14,336 bases of DNA from Tubiluchus corallicola. Its lineage: Eukaryota > Animalia > Priapulida. The position numbers and the translations under genes were made by a program. The stretch is taken from assembly GCA_030141605.1 (NCBI GenBank), contig JAQGDQ010002119.1, forward strand, positions 1 to 14,336, given 5' to 3'. The notes under the pieces are model-generated. The model saw only the letters and a program-made list of their open reading frames with translations. It searched no databases and was not told where the DNA came from. Of the stretch, positions 8,525-14,336 are shown piece after piece (within the stretch, counting starts at the first letter, position 1; each line of letters starts with the position of its first letter).

Positions 8525-8883
8525 AATAATTATCTTGGACAGTCAAATTTTATTAAACTTTGTTAAAATAAACCAATGCTGTGCGTGGCTTACCAGATCC
8601 ACCAAGACTGGTAATAGCGCCCTTTTGTCACATTCTCGTGGCCGACAAATAGGCGCGGTACCGTGATAAGCGCGATCATGAACTGCAGTGTTCGTCTGTG
8701 ACGTCAGCGTGACCTGTAGCTCATTTTTGTGACTTAGCATCAGCGTCTTATAGCAATGTTCGCTTACGCAAACATGTTTGACGTGCAGTGAAGATGTCTA
8801 CTATTGCACGAACTGTAGTTGGTTTGTGACGTAAGCGATAGTTGTGTTCGGTTGCCGTTAATCAAGTTTCCAGGGTAATTATT
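8525..8883. mobile_element. Possible old MITE of about 360 bp
   Basis: AATAATTATCTTGGACAGT (8525-8543) versus the reverse complement of 8865-8883, AATAATTACCCTGGAAACT (15/19). The interior is more GC-rich than the flanks and has three degenerate GAACTGYAG...TGTGACGT.AGC repeats (about 8680, 8711, 8810). Confidence 0.35.
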
Positions 8884-9176
8884 CAAATATTAGGAACAAC
8901 TGCTAACTTTTATAAGCAAGGAAATGCATATTTTGAACAGTAATTAAAATGAGATTGAGTCTAATCAAACACTTCTTCACACTTATTATCATTATTCTAA
9001 TTTACCTGCTCAAAGCTTCCCCCTCTTTCTCTTTCCACTGTTTCACTTAATTCCTCCCTCCTTCATACTTGGACTCCTATCTATGTCATCATGGCCAATT
9101 ATATTATCATGATAAGTAACTAATGCAGATGCAAATTAGTTGGTCGGTGTGTTAGTCAGTTATTCAGTTGAACAAC

Positions 9177-9237
9177 TAGTCAATGTTAGTCAGTCAGTCA
9201 GTCAGTCCGCCCATCGGTCGGCCAGTCAGTCAGTCGG
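9177..9237. repeat. Degenerate (CAGT)n microsatellite
   Basis: tagtcagtcagtcagtcagtc...ccagtcagtcagtcgg. Confidence 0.8.
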
Positions 9238-9534
9238 TTACTCATTCGCTTGGTCAGCCATGCAAATTATCAGTCAGGCTGCTAATCCAACGCCTGGCCA
9301 GGCGGCCTGTGAGCAGCCAGTGAAACAGGTAGTGGCACAATGGGCTATGACCATCGGTCAAGCAAACAGGTACATTATATAATTAGATGCTAGCATAGAG
9401 TATGAGATGAAGAGGATGGGGAGCCTGGCGAATCAGTTGGGTCAATTTAGCAGTGATGACGTAAGGAAAAATGACGCACGGAATTACTGTCAGATAATCA
9501 GAAAATTTTCGATTTTTCTCGAAATCCCATGTGA

Positions 9535-10442
9535 AGTTCATTTCACAGTGAAACCACGTGTTCTAGTTAGTTGCAGCTACTTTGCGAGTTTTATACTTCA
9601 TACCCAAGTCTAAGTTAAGTTATACTTGCTGTATTTCTCATATACAAAGTACAATTAATAATGTTAGTCAATGTAATATCAGACCTGTTTGTTGTTTTTT
9701 TGTAAAAGTTCTACTAACCATTTCAAAATCTGAAAATGTACATATATAAAATAAATATATGTGTGCGTTATTTTTCTTTTTCACGAATATGGCCCTCGAT
9801 GTTGTATTAATAAAACATAAAATCAGTTTGTTAAAAGAGAGATTAAGTCTTGTAATTTTATGCTGAAATGCGTTATTTGTTGTTCTTTGAATAAGAGAGA
9901 AATTTAAGGCTGAATTCCTCGAGGATTCCTCACGAAAGCGGAACATGCAGTATTCTTGACAGGTGGCAAAATTCCTCACGAGGGGGACGCATAGCTTCTA
10001 GTTGGTGGCAAAATTCCTCACGAGGGGGACGCATAGCTTCTAGTTGGTGGCAGAATTCCTCACGAGGAGGACACAGCTTCTAGTTGGCGGCAGATTTCCT
10101 TACAACGAGGACGCACAGCTTCTAGTTGGTGGCAGAATTCCTCACGAGGGGGACGCATAGCTTCTAGTTGGTGGCAGAATTCCTCACGAGGAGGACGCAC
10201 AGCTTCCAGTTGGCGGCAGAATTCCTCACGAGGAGGACACAGCTTCTAGTTGGCGGCAGATTTCCTTACAACGAGGACGCACAGCTTCTAGTTGGTGGCA
10301 GAATTCCTCACGAGGAGGACGCACAGCTTCTAGTTGGCGGCAGAATTCCTCACGAGGAGGACGCTTAGCTTCTAGCTGAGGACAGAATTTCTCACGAGGA
10401 GCTGCACAAGGAATTTTGCGAGTCCTCACTGTGAAATGGACA
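9535..10442. mobile_element. Possible PIF/Harbinger-like non-autonomous element enclosing the 42-bp array
   Basis: GTTCATTTCACAGTGA (9536-9551) versus the reverse complement of 10426-10441, GTCCATTTCACAGTGA (15/16). The flanks TGA and TTA are compatible with a decayed TWA target duplication. Confidence 0.4.
9962..10400. repeat. Minisatellite, about 10.5 units of 42 bp (two of 40 bp)
   Basis: Unit GGYGGCAGAATTCCTCACGAGGAGGACGCACAGCTTCTAGTT starts at 9962, 10004, 10046, 10086, 10128, 10170, 10212, 10252, 10294, 10336 and 10378. Confidence 0.97.
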
Positions 10443-11138
10443 TTAGGCAGACCTTAGGACATCAGCAGCTACTGACAAAAACACATCATTGAACCTGGAC
10501 GCGTGCCAACATTATAAACGCACGTAGCATCTGGTTGAGGCTTACGAGAGGTATTAAACTGGATTTAGAGAAGCCAATCTACCTAAGTACAATTTGTAAG
10601 TCAGTTACATAATTGAGTGGTGGCTCACAACATGACAGCCAGCTTTGGTTTAGACTGCGTTAGACGTTCGCGTCACTAGTTCTTTGCTGTTGCATGCATT
10701 TCACTATTCGCTAGTTAGACGGGCACTACCGCCTGCATTTCGGAAACGCATTGCACAAAAAACAGGTGTTGTACCTCTCAGTTCAGACGTGTTAGCTTGT
10801 GACGAACTACACACGTTATTATTTATTTTATTATTATATATTTCATAACTTTTTCTTTTAAAACTTGCCTAGTTTTAGTACAATATACTGAATCTTTTAC
10901 AGAAGTACTGTACTTCAATTTTCACTTTCAAAAACACCTGCAACATGCTCGTAGAATGTTTTTACTGCTGAAAATTATGTTAGTTTGTGATGTCATCAAT
11001 AGTTAGGCTCGACCACCGTTAAGTTTGCAATCTATTATCTAATTATCAAAATCGCTTTTGCAGTATTAATTGTGTCAAAATGTGTACTTTTTTATCGCAT
11101 TTGAAGTTGGGGTAGTATATGAAAAATTATAAAATAAT

Positions 11139-12315
11139 TGTAACAACAACAATAATAGTAAACAGGAGCAATGACAGTAACAGTCACGCTGCAAAAGCAA
11201 CAGCAGTAACAACAATAACAGTAACTGTAATAAGTAGCAGTAACAGTTACACTAATGGTAAAAGTAACAGCAGTAACAACAACAACAGTAACAGTAAGAA
11301 GTAGCAGTAACAGTTACACTAATGGTAAAAGTAACAGCAGTAACAACAGTAACGGGAACAGTAAGAAGTAGCAGTAACAGTTACACTAATGGTAAAAATA
11401 ACAGCAGTAACAACAATAACAGTAACACAAGAAGTAGCAGTAACAGTTACACTAATGGTAAAGGTAACAGCAGTAACAACAAAAACAGTAACAGTAACAG
11501 TAACATTTACACTAATGGTAAAAGTAACAGCAGTAACAACAACAACAGTAACAGTAAGAAGTAGCAGTAACATTTACACTAATGGTAAAAGTAACAGCAG
11601 AAGAACAGTAACAGTAACAGTAAGAAGTAGCAGTAACAGTTACACTAATGGTAAAAGTAACAGCAGTAACAACAACAACAGTAACAATAAGAAGAAGCAG
11701 TAACAGTTACACTAATGGTAAAAGTAACAGCAGTAACAACAAAAACAGTAACAGTAAGAAGCAGCAGTAACATTTACACTAATGGTAAAAGTAACAGCAG
11801 AAGAACAGTAACAGTAACAGTAAGAAGTAGCAGTAACAGTTACACTAATGGTAAAAGTAACAGCAGAAGAACAGTAACAGGAACAGTAAGAAGTAGCAGT
11901 AACAGTTACACTAATGGTAAAAATAACAGCAGTAACAACAATAACAGTAACACAAGAAGTAGCAGTAACAGTTACACTAATGGTAAAGGTAACAGCAGTA
12001 ACAACAAAAACAGTAACAGTAACAGTAACATTTACACTAATGGTAAAAGTAACAGCAGAAAACAAAAAGTAACAGCAGTAACAACAACAACAGTAACAAT
12101 AAGAAGAAGCAGTAACAGTTACACTAATGGTAAAAGTAACAGCAGTAACAACAGTAACGGGAACAGTAAGAAGTAGCAGTAACAGTTACACTAATGGTAA
12201 AAGTAACAGCAGAAGAACAGTAACAGTAACAGTAAGAAGTAGCAGTAACAGTTACACTAATGGTAAAAGTAACAGCAGTAACAACAAAAACAGTAACAGT
12301 AACAGCAGTAGTAAC
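11139..12315. repeat. Minisatellite of 16 units of about 66-67 bp built from AGTAAC/AAC/AGC sub-repeats
   Basis: ACTAATGGTAA anchors at 11251, 11318, 11385, 11451, 11511, 11578, 11644, 11711, 11778, 11844, 11910, 11976, 12036, 12123, 12190 and 12256. Confidence 0.97.
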
Positions 12316-12777
12316 CGTTTTTGCGTTCTATAGAGATTTAAGCGCTAAATCCACGCATGTCTACGTGACGAAATGCAATAAATTATCACAGCCTACTATT
12401 ACAAAATAAAATTAATTACTACAATACTAAAAATACTTTATTTCGAAACATTTTGAACGTGGGTATAATCTGCCCTTCATTGAGAAGATATTGAAATTGG
12501 ACGAGTTCATTATTTGTTACTAATCACAGTTTTAAATTCTTGGTTATTACATGAGGTGACACGGAGAGAGTTGCATGGCTTCTACTGGATGAATTTGAAA
12601 CAGTTTAGCACAGTTGTGGATAATGTTACTAGTCGAAATGCTGCGCTTGGACATTATTGAGGTCAGTTGTGCAATACGGAGGTCTGATTGCTCAGTAATT
12701 TATAAGCTAATGTCAGATTTTAAGATGGATTCGAAATTTCCCAGCTAACCAAATATTTGCAGTTTGACCAAATATGT

Positions 12778-13388
<611 letters not shown>

Positions 13389-13671
13389 AATAATAATAAT
13401 AATTATTATTATTATTCTTTATTTAAAATTTAAAATTGAACGCATATACAAATATTTACATAAAATACATACAGGGACCCTCTATTTGCAGGGTATGGTT
13501 AAAAAAACTTTGTAAATAAAATAGCTGTTATATTCGCAAGACTTTTAAATACCAATAAATCAATATACCAATAAAAGAACAACTAAAATCAAATAGTACC
13601 AATTTACACAATTTACACAAAACGACCTGTATAATATAAAAGTGACAGATATAATATAAAAGTTCAATATT

Positions 13672-14004
13672 TTATACTAAAGTTTGTAAAAACGAATCAC
13701 AAACTAACTCAGAGAAAGCAACTAGCAGGTTTTTGTCTCGAGAGGTATAAATTTTACTAATGTTTTGAAATTGTAGGATATTTGCGAGCGCTAATCTTTT
13801 ATTTTCGTCGACCAAAGTACAATTAAAAAGCAAATGTTCAACTGTTTGTGCTTCCTCTGAGCATATACAGGCATTTTCGTGTATGTATCCAATTTTAAAA
13901 AGAAAATCTTTAAAGTTACCTTGCCCTAATAAAATACTACAAGATAGTTTTTCTAGCCTTCTGCTATTTGTATGAAAAGGAAGGTCTAGCGGAGTTAAAA
14001 ATAC
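13672..14004 (-). pseudogene. LINE ORF2 C-terminal fragment, about 110 codons, no start codon, absent from the ORF track
   Basis: Manual translation: VFLTPLDLPFHTNSRRLEKLSCSILLGQGNFKDFLFKIGYIHENACICSEEAQTVEHLLFNCTLVDENKRLALANILQFQNISKIYTSRDKNLLVAFSELVCDSFLQTLV*. The segment LLGQGNF..FL.KIG......C.C.....TVEHLLFNC matches the LTGHG.F..YL.R.G......C.CG...ET..H....C signature of R1/I-group ORF2 proteins. Confidence 0.85.
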
Positions 14005-14088
14005 ATTAGACCTTCCTTTTCATACAAATAGCAGAAGGCTAGAAAAACTATCTTGTAGTATTTTATTAGGGCAAGGTAACTTTAAAGA
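13907..14088. repeat. Perfect inverted repeat: 82-bp arms (13907-13988 and 14007-14088) with an 18-bp spacer
   Basis: Base-by-base comparison found no mismatch between the left arm and the reverse complement of the right arm. Confidence 0.98.
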
Positions 14089-14120
14089 GGGTGAGAGAGC
14101 GAGAGAGAGAGAGAGGGAGA

Positions 14121-14167
<47 letters not shown>

Positions 14168-14172
14168 AAGAG

Positions 14173-14240
<68 letters not shown>

Positions 14241-14301
14241 AGAGTGAGAGAGAGTGAGTGAGAGAGAGGGAGAGTGAGAGAGAGGGAGAGAGACAGAGAG
14301 A

Positions 14302-14336
<35 letters not shown>
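14089..14336. repeat. (GA)n microsatellite running to the end of the window
   Basis: Directly visible. Confidence 0.98.

Larger units (their letters stand above)
13389..14088 (-). mobile_element. 5'-truncated non-LTR retrotransposon (LINE; R1/LOA/I-group-like ORF2 C-terminus, 3' UTR and tail) inside a (GA)n tract
   Basis: Minus-strand stop-free frame encoding a CCHC knuckle, stop TAA at 13674-13672, about 250 nt of T-rich 3' UTR, AATAAA at 13423-13418, then an (AAT)n tail. (GA)n lies on both sides. Confidence 0.85.

Noticed and set aside
8586-9008. Minus-strand splice donors (CTG|GTAAGC near 8593, CAG|GTAAAT near 9005) as the end of GPCR exon 1
   Set aside because: Several equally good donor-like sites exist in the upstream region and nothing in the sequence selects one. 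Transcript data are needed.
11119-12333. Thr/Val- and Ser/Asn-rich ORFs that resemble antifreeze or mucin-like repeat proteins
   Set aside because: The 67-bp units shift the frame repeatedly, so each ORF switches between VTVT and SNSN phases. ORFs occur on both strands and there is no unique coding flank. They are by-products of the minisatellite.
13910-14085. The 82-bp hairpin as a TTAA-flanked fold-back MITE (TTAAAGTTACC...GGTAACTTTAA)
   Set aside because: The symmetry extends 3 bp beyond the TTAA, and the left arm plus spacer are in frame with and part of the LINE ORF2 motif (ILLGQGNFKDFLFKIG). It is duplicated LINE sequence rather than an inserted MITE.

Overview
AT-rich, repeat-dense eukaryotic DNA, most likely from an invertebrate animal. 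It holds one clear protein-coding gene: an intronless 455-aa class A GPCR of the NPF/NPY-receptor type on the minus strand (4662-6029). The gene has a perfect Kozak context and a splice acceptor 24 nt upstream of the ATG, so sequence to the right of 6053 is probably 5'-UTR intron or upstream DNA. The rest is a mosaic of non-autonomous mobile elements and tandem repeats. These include a TTAA-flanked Kolobok-like MITE (1377-1936) and a second, disrupted copy (about 6635-7995) that abuts a piggyBac-like MITE, is interrupted by a tRNA-derived SINE, and has one ~71-bp segment amplified about 10-fold. There are also palindrome-containing minisatellites of 135/122 bp, 42 bp and ~66 bp with higher-order structure, and long (GA)n tracts. 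The most unusual element is missing from the ORF track: a 5'-truncated non-LTR retrotransposon (ORF2 C-terminus with a CCHC zinc knuckle, R1/I-group-like) sitting inside a (GA)n tract, with a perfect 82-bp fold-back inverted duplication at its 5' end and a 28-bp palindromic tail at its 3' end. All alignments and translations were done by eye; no database was searched, so family assignments and novelty are unverified.
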